Source of the DNA: Trypanosoma brucei
Taxonomy: Eukaryota
Reading direction: 5' to 3'
DNA length: 64,000 nucleotides
Assembly: GCA_000002445.1 (NCBI GenBank)
Contig: AE017150.2
Span: 1,088,001-1,152,000, forward strand
Part shown: in pieces, positions 19,481 to 29,940 of the stretch
Layout of the letters: each line of letters begins with the position of its first letter
How positions within the stretch are numbered: the first letter of the stretch is position 1
The notes under the pieces: generated by a model
Told to the model about the DNA's origin: nothing
What the model saw: only the letters and a program-made list of their open reading frames with translations
Databases searched by the model: none
Translations under genes and position numbers: made by a program

Positions 19481-20869
19481 ATGGCAATGCTTGGTTTCGA
19501 GTCGACAGCTGAATTTTTCGTCTATCTCACCTTTATCTTTTTTGGGATGTCGGTGATGAATGTGACGAATGCCATTTACTCCAATTATGATTATTTCTCG
19601 GAATATTACAAGTTTGCGCAGCGTAATGCAGATGCGATATCCTCCAATCCATCATTCTGGAAGCACATGTTCACGTATTATAATGTTGTTGTGTTTACGA
19701 TGCAAGTGCTTTTGGAGGCTTTTATGCTCACACCATTGGGCCGACGCATTCCTATTAGTTGGCGTCTCATCTTTGGACTCACAATTCCTATGGTGGAGAT
19801 TATTGTGATTTTAGTGATCCCTGAAGTTGGAGGAAGCGAAGATGGTGCAATCGCAACTATGATGATAGTTGCTTTTGTTGGTGGTATTTCCAAAACACTT
19901 TGTGACTCCAGCAATGCTGCACTTGCGGGACCGTTTCCGACTAAATTCTATGGTGCCATCGTGTGGGGTCTTGCTGTCTCTGGCCTCATGACTTCATTTA
20001 TGTCTATTGTTATCAAAGCATCGATGGACAGCAGTTTTGAAAGCAAGAGAGTTCAGTCCCAAATATACTTTGGATTAGTCATGCTTCTTCAGGTGGTTGC
20101 ATGCGTGCTTCTTGTCCTTCTGAGGAAAAACCCATATGCCATTAAATATGCTGCAGAATTTAGGTATGCTGCGAGGAAGGATGGAGCAACAGGTGAAGAA
20201 GATGACACCGATTTTAAAGGAAGGGGCCCAGCAGATGAGAATAGATATCCCGATGAAAAGGATGACAAGAATGTGCTGAATGCTGATATTGATCCAGATA
20301 AGATGAAGGATACGGATCAGGTTGAAGGCACTACCAACGCTCAGCAGATGCTTGATGCGAGTGTTATGGTTGTGGTGAAACGCATTTGGCCCATGTTACT
20401 TTCATGCTTCTTTGTGTTCTTTGCGACACTTCTTGTATTCCCTGGTGTATTCTTTGCCGTTAAAGGCTCGATGGATCTTAATAACTTTTGGTACTTTCCC
20501 GTTGCCATTGCCATGTTCAACTTGGGTGATTTCTTGTCTCGTCTGGTGCTGCAGTTCAAGCAATTGCATGTGTCTCCGCGTATGGTTTTGATTGGTTCAT
20601 TTGCACGTGCACTTTTGATAATTCCTCTTTCTCTTTGTGTGTCCGGTGCAATTCCTGGTGTGGGGGTTCCTTTTACCGTTTCTCTCCTTTGGGGTCTCAC
20701 AAATGGTTACTTTGGTGGCCTTTCAATGATTTATGGACCACGTACGGGATCCCTCACCACAGCGGGTCAACGCTCTCTTGCTGCCATTTGCATTAATGTT
20801 GCCCTTCTTATGGGTCTTTTTGCTGGTGCTATGTTTGCCTTGGCTGTTAAGGAGGGACTTCCTAAATAA
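19481..20869 (+). CDS. Equilibrative nucleoside transporter (ENT family), TbNT2-family purine nucleoside transporter, copy 1; 462 aa
   Basis: Multi-pass membrane protein (MAMLGFESTAEFFVYLTFIFFGMSVMNVTNAIYS...) with a large charged central loop (KDG..EDD..PDEK..NADIDPDKMKD) and about 11 hydrophobic segments. It matches my recollection of the TbNT2-7 ENT proteins. Which TbNT number each copy carries cannot be decided from the sequence alone. Confidence 0.92.
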   Translation: MAMLGFESTAEFFVYLTFIFFGMSVMNVTNAIYSNYDYFSEYYKFAQRNADAISSNPSFWKHMFTYYNVVVFTMQVLLEAFMLTPLGRRIPISWRLIFGLTIPMVEIIVILVIPEVGGSEDGAIATMMIVAFVGGISKTLCDSSNAALAGPFPTKFYGAIVWGLAVSGLMTSFMSIVIKASMDSSFESKRVQSQIYFGLVMLLQVVACVLLVLLRKNPYAIKYAAEFRYAARKDGATGEEDDTDFKGRGPADENRYPDEKDDKNVLNADIDPDKMKDTDQVEGTTNAQQMLDASVMVVVKRIWPMLLSCFFVFFATLLVFPGVFFAVKGSMDLNNFWYFPVAIAMFNLGDFLSRLVLQFKQLHVSPRMVLIGSFARALLIIPLSLCVSGAIPGVGVPFTVSLLWGLTNGYFGGLSMIYGPRTGSLTTAGQRSLAAICINVALLMGLFAGAMFALAVKEGLPK

Positions 20870-20956
20870 ATTTCTCAAAACTTGTAAATACTTTAAGTAA
20901 TGACATATCATTAGTTTTTAATTTATTAATGAAAAAGAAGATAAATGATACTCGAT

Positions 20957-20978
20957 GCTGGTATCAGCTAGGAGTGGT
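20957..20978 (+). promoter_or_regulatory. Conserved 3'-flank hairpin motif GCUGGUAUCAGCUAGGAGUGGU, 88 nt after the NT copy 1 stop
   Basis: The motif is conserved downstream of all five NT genes while the flanking 3' sequence has diverged. GCUG/CAGC can form a 4-bp stem with a GUAU loop. Confidence 0.35.
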
Positions 20979-23589
20979 GTGAATGATGCAATAAAAAGAA
21001 GGGTAAGGATAGTAAAGAGATGAGCGAGAAATTGAAATATGAGGAATAAGAATAAATTCTAGTTAGAAAAGAATTATATGATATTTGAGAGTAATGAAGC
21101 ATATGCGTGCACACGTTATGTTGTTTTAAATGTGATAAATGGTATAAAAGAAGAAAGTACGTCTTTCCCTTTTCGTTTCTCTAAACTTGTGACTGAGTAT
21201 AAATAAACATATCTGCAATCATTTTAAAAGAGAGAGAAGTGGACGGAGGACCGCAGGTGCGCGTTCATATAATTGTCTTTTTCTTTTTTCCCGTTTTCAT
21301 TATGTTGTGATTGACTCCCTACAAATATCATAATTTCCTCCAATGTTTTGTGTAGCTTTCGTAATTTTTAACAGGAGAAATGATGGTGCAGATCCATTCT
21401 TTGGTGTATACTCAATTTTTGTCTTCTGTTGGATCAATTTCTTTTTGTTGAAACAAAAAAGCAAAAAGGAGGAAATAAAATATACGACTGTAGAAACATA
21501 AACGAACTATCAAAAAAAAAACACATATACATATTTATAATATGTGTTCTTTCTGCACAAAAAAAAAAAGAAAAAAATTGTATTAGTTACAATAATAAAA
21601 AATAGTGAAGCCAGCAGGAGGTGATAATTACAATTTGAACTCATCCCCTCTTGCCTATTTCACTATTCCCTTTGTTTCTTGAGAAAATAACTAAAACAGT
21701 AAAACAAGAGAGAGGATAGTAATAAATTGAATGAAATCAACAATACATTATTTTAAGAGGAAATTTGATTTTACTTTTTCTTTACTTTTCACTGTTTCTG
21801 TTTTTTGATTACTTTTACTTCCTTTCATTTCTTACTTTTTATTCCCATGACTGTGCTATGGTGTTACGGATATGTGTGTGTAAGTGAGGAATGTTGTGTG
21901 GATTTGCTTCTATTATTGTTTACTTGCCTTTGGTTGTATATCACACGCCTGCTTATGTTTTCCCATATGTGTACGCCTGCAGCAAACAGTGTGGGAATTT
22001 ACTCCGTGACTTTTTCTCATAAATGTCGGGAGGCAAATAATTAAATTAATTTTTTGTTTAATGTATCTGTATATGTTTGTCTGTTTATGTGTATGTGTTT
22101 GTGTGTACGTATTTGACATGTTCAGCAATATGTTTAGATTATCCAATAATAACTTCTCTTCCTTTCTATCTCTTATACAGTTATGTTGTTTACTTGTCAC
22201 TGTTTTACTTTCAGGAAAGTGTATAAATTAAGCTGAAGCAACGTTATGTTTATTTGTGTATTAGGCGCATGAATTCATTTTCTAGCAGTTAATGTACGTA
22301 TGCATACACGCATGTGTTTAACTTTATAATGTCTTATACTAAAAATGTATTCAAATATTGCCATGTGAATACCGTGTGAGGCTTATTGTATTTTTGTGTC
22401 GTGAAATAGTCAAGTAGTTGCTGTGTAACTTTTGTGTTTTTTCTTAAATAGATGACGTGTGTTTCCTTAGTTTAAAATATTTAATAAATGATTTGACAGC
22501 TGCTTGCATGTGAGAGTTTCATTCCTCTTCTTTGCTTAAAAATGTGCAGAGACTGGAATCCTTCATATAAATGATGTGAAATGCATAACTTATAAATTGC
22601 ATTTCCACTTTCACATATTGTAATATTATTGAGTATCAAAAGGGAAATGATGAATTACGTAATAGGAAGTTATTCACAACATGTTAATAGAGCAATTTAA
22701 CTTCGCAGCTATCACAGAACAGGCTTTTTATTGTAATGCTTATTTGTGGAATAGCTCATGCTTTATGAATTCTTGAGGATGGAGCGTTGTAATATTTTTA
22801 AAAGTAAACATAAGTAAACAAATAAATAAACAGTTTATCATTTTTGTATTTGCCTTCATAATCACTATAAGCTAAGCTATTAGTCTATTAACAATAATTA
22901 ATATGGCTACTAGTAAGGCAAAAGACGAGAAATAAGAAATTAATTTATAGGAATGATTTGATAGTTTGACGAATGTGTAATTATCATGTCTCTGATACTA
23001 GTGACGGATTATGATAGAGAGAATATGATTTGTGAGGTAGTTTTGATTCTCTGAAGTGATACAGCGGCGCATGGGAACTCGTCGTAAGAAAAAAAGAAAT
23101 AAATAATGTGCGGTATGTAATTTTTAAACCTCACATTGATGAGGTTGTGAGGCATAAAATAACTCTTGCCATTTTCCCAACGTGGCCAACAGTCGAAGAA
23201 CTGGTGCAACACTGCAGTAATGATACAGTGATGTTAAATTGAAAGCGAAAAATAAATATGAATGGCGTAAAAAGGGGGAAGGAAGTAGTGATGGTGGCGT
23301 AATCGATTTGGATTGTTTTTCGTGACAAATTCTCTACATTCAATGATTCTAGAGGAAACAAGTACGTACCATAGCAGTGGTTACTGTGTTTCCATAAGGA
23401 GTAAGTTATATTTACTGGAAAATGTGGTATTAAGAAATGTTATATGTGAGTAGTAATATACCTCAACACAGAGATGTACGCTCATGTAATCACTACACAA
23501 AAACCTTCCGAATGTTTTGAACGCACTGAGCGGATTGATGCGTCTCTCCAACCTTGAGTTGAAATGCACAACCCTTGAGTGTTGAGTTG

Positions 23590-26100
23590 GGATACATATT
23601 TTTAGATGTCACTAGAGCTTGATGTGTGGAATGAAACTCTAGAGCTCATGCATATGGCTAATGCTTATCATCGTCGTAACTTCCATGTTGGTACGATGAT
23701 GTGCAGTTTGCTGTTAGTGATAGCCTTCAGTGGATTGTATGGTAGGTGGTGTTTCTCTGTTTGTTTTCTGTCACAGATGGCAATGGAAGCGTCGACTATC
23801 TTTTGTATTACTCAGAAGGGAAAATTCTCTTTTTAAGTAATGGTAATGTTGAATCGTTGATAAAATCAACGGAATTATCCATAAGCTAGTTTTAATTGGA
23901 GGAAAGGAGAATAGGAGAACTGCCCACTTTGATGTGTTGCCAACAAACGAAAACAAGTGGTATGTATATTTTAGAACCCAGTATTTTTCTTTCTTATCCG
24001 ATGTACTTCCCTAATGTTTGGATCTGAGAAATACCTAATGATGATTAATACGGTTAGAGTTAGGGCATTCTTTTGTGATGCTGAATATCGCATCTATTGA
24101 TAACAGCAATCGATACGCCATACTCAAACATAAATGAATTCTCACACATTAACGCTGCTTCTGGTATCGCCAACCGTTATGTTCAATAGCTCGTTACGTG
24201 GGAGCATGAGTGGATGTAATGATGGATGCCGCTTCATCAAAGGCAGCTGCGTGATACTTATCTCAGAATATGTCAATGGTGTCGTATTATAGCCAAGTTT
24301 AAGTCTAATAATTAATCATAGTGATGTGTGTGGAAAAAGTGAGATTGTACCATTGCAGTGAGTGAACCGCTTTGCTTGGGACGTATTGCATTGTGCTGTG
24401 TGATTAAGCGCCGAGTTTGTTCACATCATACGTATGATATTTAGTTACTGTCAACCCACCGGATTGGTGTGGGAGGAGTGTAAGGCATCGTGCGAGCATG
24501 GGACATATGTTTCATCGCAGTGTCACGGAGGTTTTAAGGTATGGTGGAATATGGGAGGTGGATTAGCTATAGATCTCTTTGTGCCTCCATCCCTTCGTGC
24601 TATGCTTTTTCTTTTCCCCTGAAACTGATACAGTCTGGGGAGGCAGTGTGCTGAAGCTTCGCTAAGGTTTTGAAAGCAGGACTCACGACCCATCCCCCAC
24701 TGTGTAATGTATGATGACCAGATTTGTTCTGAGGGAGCATCAAACCAATCGTGTACGATGGAAGTGTAGAATAGGAAGTAAAGGAAAGTGTATTATTATG
24801 TGCAGATGCGTATGAGGCACTGCTCACAACACCTAAAGAAAGCAAAGTCACTCCTGACGGTTTTGATCATTTTATCAGTGTATCACAATCTAATCATTTC
24901 TGCTGTAGAAGGTTCGTTGCATAGTTGTGTGTATTCTGCTTTCAGAGTTGACATTCTGTCACTTACCACTGTGGAGAGTGATCACGATAATATCGTCGGC
25001 TTTCCGGTATGGAAGGAAGTATCACTTTACTCTTCTGCTCGTATAAGCGTGCTTTGTTCATCCGTGGAGCGGTGTTGTTATTGAAAAGGGGATGCTGAGT
25101 AGAGTGGTGACTCAACACTTTTTCTTGTACTGAAGACATACTAAGAGGTTCTGTCAGCAGGACAGACTTGCGGTGGCCAGGTGGTTTCGCGACCTCAGGG
25201 ACAACTTCCATATTGCACAAGGGGAACTTCTTCGTTTTGAGGTGACAGGGCGCATGCTAGTGTTGGGATATCTGTACATTGGAATGGCAAGGTCTTCCAG
25301 GGAAGGAAGGGAGGTGTATAAACCAGTGAAGGGCTGCACAGGTACTGTGTCAGGTATGAAAGTGATAGAGGTCTCTAAGGAAGTGTCAGATGTGATTATA
25401 CTCGGCAAGAGGTTGCTGCTCAAGGTTTTGATTATATACTTTCCGAAACAATCAAATGTTGCGAAAATTACGTTGAAAGAAAGTTTAGGGGGAGCAATGG
25501 GATAAGGGAAACCCTCACTGGATTGTTTTGTCGGGTATACAGCATGATAAGTGGAAGGTTTGGTGGAGAAGCACGCAGGTACACCACACCCAATTGGTGG
25601 GAGAGTAGTAATGGCCGGGAGCATTTACCGTGAGTGACAACTCCAACAATGGATGCTAAGTAGTTAATGTTGAAATGTTTTAAAACGTTAGAGAAAGGAA
25701 TGACTAAATGGTTGTAGGTACGTAAATTGTGGGAAGCACTGAGGGAAAATGATGTAATGATGCGACGGACCAAGGGACTCGAATACCCAATATATTACAA
25801 GAAACGCTACTATTGAGTTGGGTGCAGAAACAAGTGAGAGACAAGCTGTTTGGGTAGTTGAAGTATCGACCACTGGGAAGGGTGAAGCGTGGGCAGGAAG
25901 GATCATCAAATCTTATCCTCCTTTCAGTTAATATGACTGAAGAAGCGAGAAAAGAAAAAGAATGGTTGTGAAAAGAGAAATTAGCGAAAAAGAATTAGTA
26001 GAAGCAATTGTGGCGTCAAAAAAGACGTTAAGGGTAGCGTTAGTACAAATAGAAAAGCAGCCAACTCTAAAAAATTGGTTTCCGACGTAAAGGAAGCGGG
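23590..26100. other. Conserved ~2.5 kb block of relatively GC-rich spacer, open on both strands (overlapping 85-156 codon ORFs); function unknown; copy 1
   Basis: Recurs at about 34008-36520, 44104-46610 and 54160-57130. I recognise no protein motif in any frame. It could be a decayed gene, a retroelement relic or an ncRNA locus. Confidence 0.3.
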
Positions 26101-26389
26101 GACAGGTGAATAAAACTATTTAATTTGTACCAGTTTACATGTATGAAAATGACCTCATATGTGTGTGATTTGCTCCTGTTAACTCGGTGAACATCGGAAC
26201 TGACACGTTGCTCTGTGCTATTGTAGCAATGCACTCCAGTGTGATATCACTGGAACTATGAAACCTTATATTTCTTATGGCGTTGTATCAGTGCTTCCAC
26301 TATGGTATCATTATGTTAACGTGAGCAGTATATTGTCACGTGGTGGACAACATGTCAACTAGTTTGTTTAAACTGTTGCTCTCTTGACA

Positions 26390-26475
26390 GCTTGTAATTC
26401 GTATCATTCTGTTGTGTTCTTTTCCTTTCTTGTTTATTCTTCCAAAATACTGTTATCGGAAGGACCCCCTTTATC
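26390..26475 (+). promoter_or_regulatory. Polypyrimidine tract upstream of 2OG-oxygenase copy A; conserved upstream of all copies
   Basis: ttctgttgtgttcttttcctttcttgtttattcttccaaaatactgttatcggaaggaccccctttatccttatttttgcatctgc sits upstream of the ATG at 26587. Confidence 0.35.
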
Positions 26476-26586
26476 CTTATTTTTGCATCTGCACTGGCTG
26501 TTTAAGCGGACCCTTTCCAATTGTTAGGCACAAAACGGTACATATATATATATTTCAAGAAAGCAACAGTGTGTAATTTAGAAACC

Positions 26587-27546
26587 ATGACACGCGCCTC
26601 GCTTCCTGTTATTGATGTTTCGCCCCTATTTGGTGGCGAATCCGCAGAAAAGGAAAGGGTCTCCAAGCAGATTGATAATGCATGCAGAACATGGGGCTTC
26701 TTCTACATTGTGGGGCATCCGATCCAGCAGGAGCAGATTGAGAGGGTGCTAGATGTAGCGAAGAATTATTTTTCACTCCCCATGGAAGAGAAGCTCAAAT
26801 TGGACATTCGTAAAAGTAAGCTGTATCGTGGTTATATTGCTTTTGGGGCCGAGGACCCCGATGATGCTAAGGTCTACGGCTACGAGGGGTTCAATATGGG
26901 GCACCATCTTCCGAAGCACCACCCAGAGGTTATGGCAGGAGTGCCGCTCCGAGGACCGAACATCCACCCCACTCAGGTAAAGGGCTGGGCGGAGGAAATG
27001 GAAAATCAATATGACGATATGTGGGCCCTTTCACTTGTTATCCTGCGCGCTATGGCACTGGGACTCGGCCTGCGGGAAGATTTCTTCGACTCCAAGTTTA
27101 TGGATCCGATGTGTGAATTGAATATAAAGCATTACCCTTCCCCAACCACTACAGGCAAAAAATCTCATTTGCTTATTGAGCACGCTGACTTTTGCGCTAT
27201 TACATTACTCTATCAAGACGGTGTGGGTGGCTTGCAAATTCGAGGACTTTCCGGAGAGCTGATGGATGTGCCACCTGTTGAAGGAAGTTTTGTTGTCAAC
27301 ATTGGAGACATGATGGAGATGTGGACCAATGGCCAATACCGTTCTACCATGCACCGTGTTGTTCCGAGAAGTGGCACACGGTACTCCATGCCTTTTTTCT
27401 GTGTCCCAAACCCGAATGTCATTATTAAGTGCCTCGACAACTGTCATTCGGAGGAGAATCCACCAAGGTACCCTCCAGTGCGGGCTGTTGACTGGATTTT
27501 GAAGCGATTCGCGGAAGTGTTTTCGCTTGCAAAACCTAAAATGTAG
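26587..27546 (+). CDS. 2-oxoglutarate/Fe(II)-dependent dioxygenase, isopenicillin-N-synthase-like ('iron/ascorbate oxidoreductase' family), copy A (type I, with a divergent C-terminal tail); 319 aa
   Basis: DIOX_N-like N-terminus (LPVIDVSPLFGG...WGFFYIVGHPI). Iron-binding facial triad H-x-D...H (LLIEHADF ... STMHRVV) and the 2OG-binding R-x-S (RYSMPFF) are all present. The supplied ORF begins 66 nt earlier; the ATG at 26587 (MTRASLPV) is conserved in all four copies. Confidence 0.9.
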   Translation: MTRASLPVIDVSPLFGGESAEKERVSKQIDNACRTWGFFYIVGHPIQQEQIERVLDVAKNYFSLPMEEKLKLDIRKSKLYRGYIAFGAEDPDDAKVYGYEGFNMGHHLPKHHPEVMAGVPLRGPNIHPTQVKGWAEEMENQYDDMWALSLVILRAMALGLGLREDFFDSKFMDPMCELNIKHYPSPTTTGKKSHLLIEHADFCAITLLYQDGVGGLQIRGLSGELMDVPPVEGSFVVNIGDMMEMWTNGQYRSTMHRVVPRSGTRYSMPFFCVPNPNVIIKCLDNCHSEENPPRYPPVRAVDWILKRFAEVFSLAKPKM

Positions 27547-29940
27547 GAGTTCCTCTTAGTTTGCATTTCTTTTAGTATTTGCTTTATCAAGAATGGTATC
27601 AGGCCCTACGATTAGTAGTTGGTTTCAGATATGAATGATTTACATATGCGTAGTATCTGTCGTAATGCAAAAAGTTCTGTGATTTAAAATCTGTGTGAAG
27701 ACAGTACGGTAACGTATCTAGTCAGAATGAATATATTTCGCTCACTCTTTATTTTCAATGTAGGGAATTGTTAAAGGGGTAATAATATTTCTTTCACCTT
27801 TCCTCTTCTTTTTTCATTATCATCTTTGTAATGAATGCTGTAAGGCTATCTTTTATCCTACTTTGATATCTTCATCTATTTCCTTATTACATTGGATAAT
27901 GGATTGATATCTTCACTACGATGACAACTGAAGTATTCTGACAAACAATGGGTGCATGCTATTGTATGTTAGTTTGTGATGCAGTAGAGTCCTCCTTGGA
28001 AATATTTGTCTTTTTTTCCCTCTCTGAGGGGTTTCTACCTTTTTCTTTTCTCATTGCATTTTAAGGGTTAATTACGCATTAGAAATGCTACCCTTCACTT
28101 TGAAGTCATTCCTTCTTACACAGGTATTATTTTGATGCGATCTCATGCGAGGAGAATGGAGGTAGATGGAGAATGAAAAAAACTCACATTCTCCACCCAC
28201 CCAATGGAGAGCATACGTTTTACCATGGAAGTCGCGCTTGAAGTATCTCCCCAAGTAGAGCAAACTAATGAGGAATTAGCACCTAAGGGTTGCGTTGTTA
28301 AATATGTTGAAAGAGTGATGTGTATGTGGGGTTCGTACGTGAAGGATAAGGGATTTTGAGGGTGCTTACTCTTATTGTGTTTTTAATTTTTTTTCTTGAG
28401 AAAGGAGGGTGGCCAATTATATAATGTCACCTGACGAATGGGATTGCTGTGTATCACGCTGTTTGTAATTGTTACATATATTGGTAAGAAATAATTTTTT
28501 TTGTTATGTGAATTTCAATGCGTTTGATGTTTTTTGCCACCGCACTTATGTTGAGTCTGTTCTGTACCTCTTACTGTATGTTGAACATACCATTCTCTAT
28601 TATTTTCTCATTTTTTTGCCTCAGCTTTCCAGGGGAAACACATGTGGTACATATGAGATGGAATACACTAAACGACACCTAACACTGTGGGAGAATGTGA
28701 TAAATGCATGCAACTCAATAGTTGAGAAATGTGTATTTTCTACACCTTAACATCAATTTTTTTTTTGAAAAAGACAAACTCACTGAGTGTTTAGTGACTG
28801 CGCTTCTTCAAAAATTTTTCCCTCAAGGCGTATTATGCAATCGCGGAAAGTTATTTGTTTTCTGCTCCTTCTCCGCCTACTAATGATTTGTGTTTACACA
28901 TGTAGCTTCCTTTTTTATATTGTAAGTAATAGAAGACAAAAAAGGGGATATTATATATTACATATTTTATTTTGTATGTTAGCATGGTTGCATAATTTAT
29001 GCTGCTGTAGAGGCGTGTGTTATGGATTGTAGTATTTGGAGAAGTTGTTCGACTAAAAGCTATAAAAGCTTGCCCTGTGTGTGATGGATTTTTAATTTAT
29101 ATAAACTTGTTTAGCTTTATATTAGAATATAAATTTATTTATTGTCATTTAAATAGTTCCCCCATATGAGAAAACTAAATGAACACGTATATGTAAGTAT
29201 ATGTATATTTATATTCGCATATTTGTTGTTTATGTATATTATATCTGAGTAATGTTGGTAAGGTAAGAAAACGGCTGTGTAATAAATCATTTTTATTTGG
29301 TATGCTTTGAGTGCGCGCGCGTGGGTTCATTAGTTCTATTATCAGAAAAGGAAACTGCAATAATTGTTTCATTATTAAAAGTTCTTCATGACTCGTGTTT
29401 TTAAGTTTAGCATTTTGCTATTACTCAAATCATGTGAATTAAGGGAGGACTCATATCAGTATCATATGATGATATTTGAAACAATTTAGAGACGCCTGAT
29501 ATTACTCAATACTCTAACTCTTTTTTTTCCTTTCATATCCATTGCATTTATATTGTGATATGATAAGTTGATTTGTGTTAGCATTCAAATGCAGCATTGT
29601 TATTATTAATATTAACTTCCTTAAAGGAAATTAATTTGAAAGGAATGTTATTTTAAAAGGATTCAAATTGCAAGTAGTTATTCAGATAATGTTAATTGAT
29701 ACATAATTTTATATTTATTGTAGTTGTAGTAGTGTGCGTATTTCAACAAAGGTACCACTAATTTTGTAATTACTAAAAAGTTATAATGATACAATTCTAT
29801 TTCTTGATAATGTGAGTCCCTGAATTTGTTTTTCCCTTCATATTTTTCACTTTGCTTTTCTTTTCTTTCATTTCATATATGTTTTTCTTTTTGTTATATA
29901 GACAAACTTATTATATTATTATTTCAAGTAATTCAAAAAG

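Larger units (their letters stand above)
18233..28694 (+). repeat. Tandem repeat unit 1 (~10.46 kb): NT gene, ~5.7 kb spacer, 2OG-oxygenase gene, ~2.4 kb spacer
   Basis: I tracked three landmarks through the array. The string atgtt(a/g)ataaatgcatgc recurs at 18233, 28695, 39105, 49201 and 59725. NT gene starts fall at 19481, 29941, 40353, 50452 and 60974. 2OG-oxygenase starts fall at 26587, 37003, 47099 and 57623. Confidence 0.9.

Noticed and set aside
21805-22044. A 79-aa ORF, MITFTSFHFLLFIPMTVLWCYGYVCVSEECC..., repeated at 21805 and 32228 with relatives in the other units, was considered.
   Set aside because: It is a hydrophobic, low-complexity translation of a T-rich spacer. It is conserved only because of unit duplication, and frame-breaking differences appear in units 3-5.
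23590-26100. The conserved spacer block was considered as an ingi/RIME or SLACS retroelement, or an RHS/ESAG/VSG pseudogene.
   Set aside because: I could not match any stretch to the retroelement or surface-antigen sequences I remember, and no reverse-transcriptase or endonuclease motifs appear in any frame. I left it as an unexplained conserved block (see findings) rather than calling it a mobile element.
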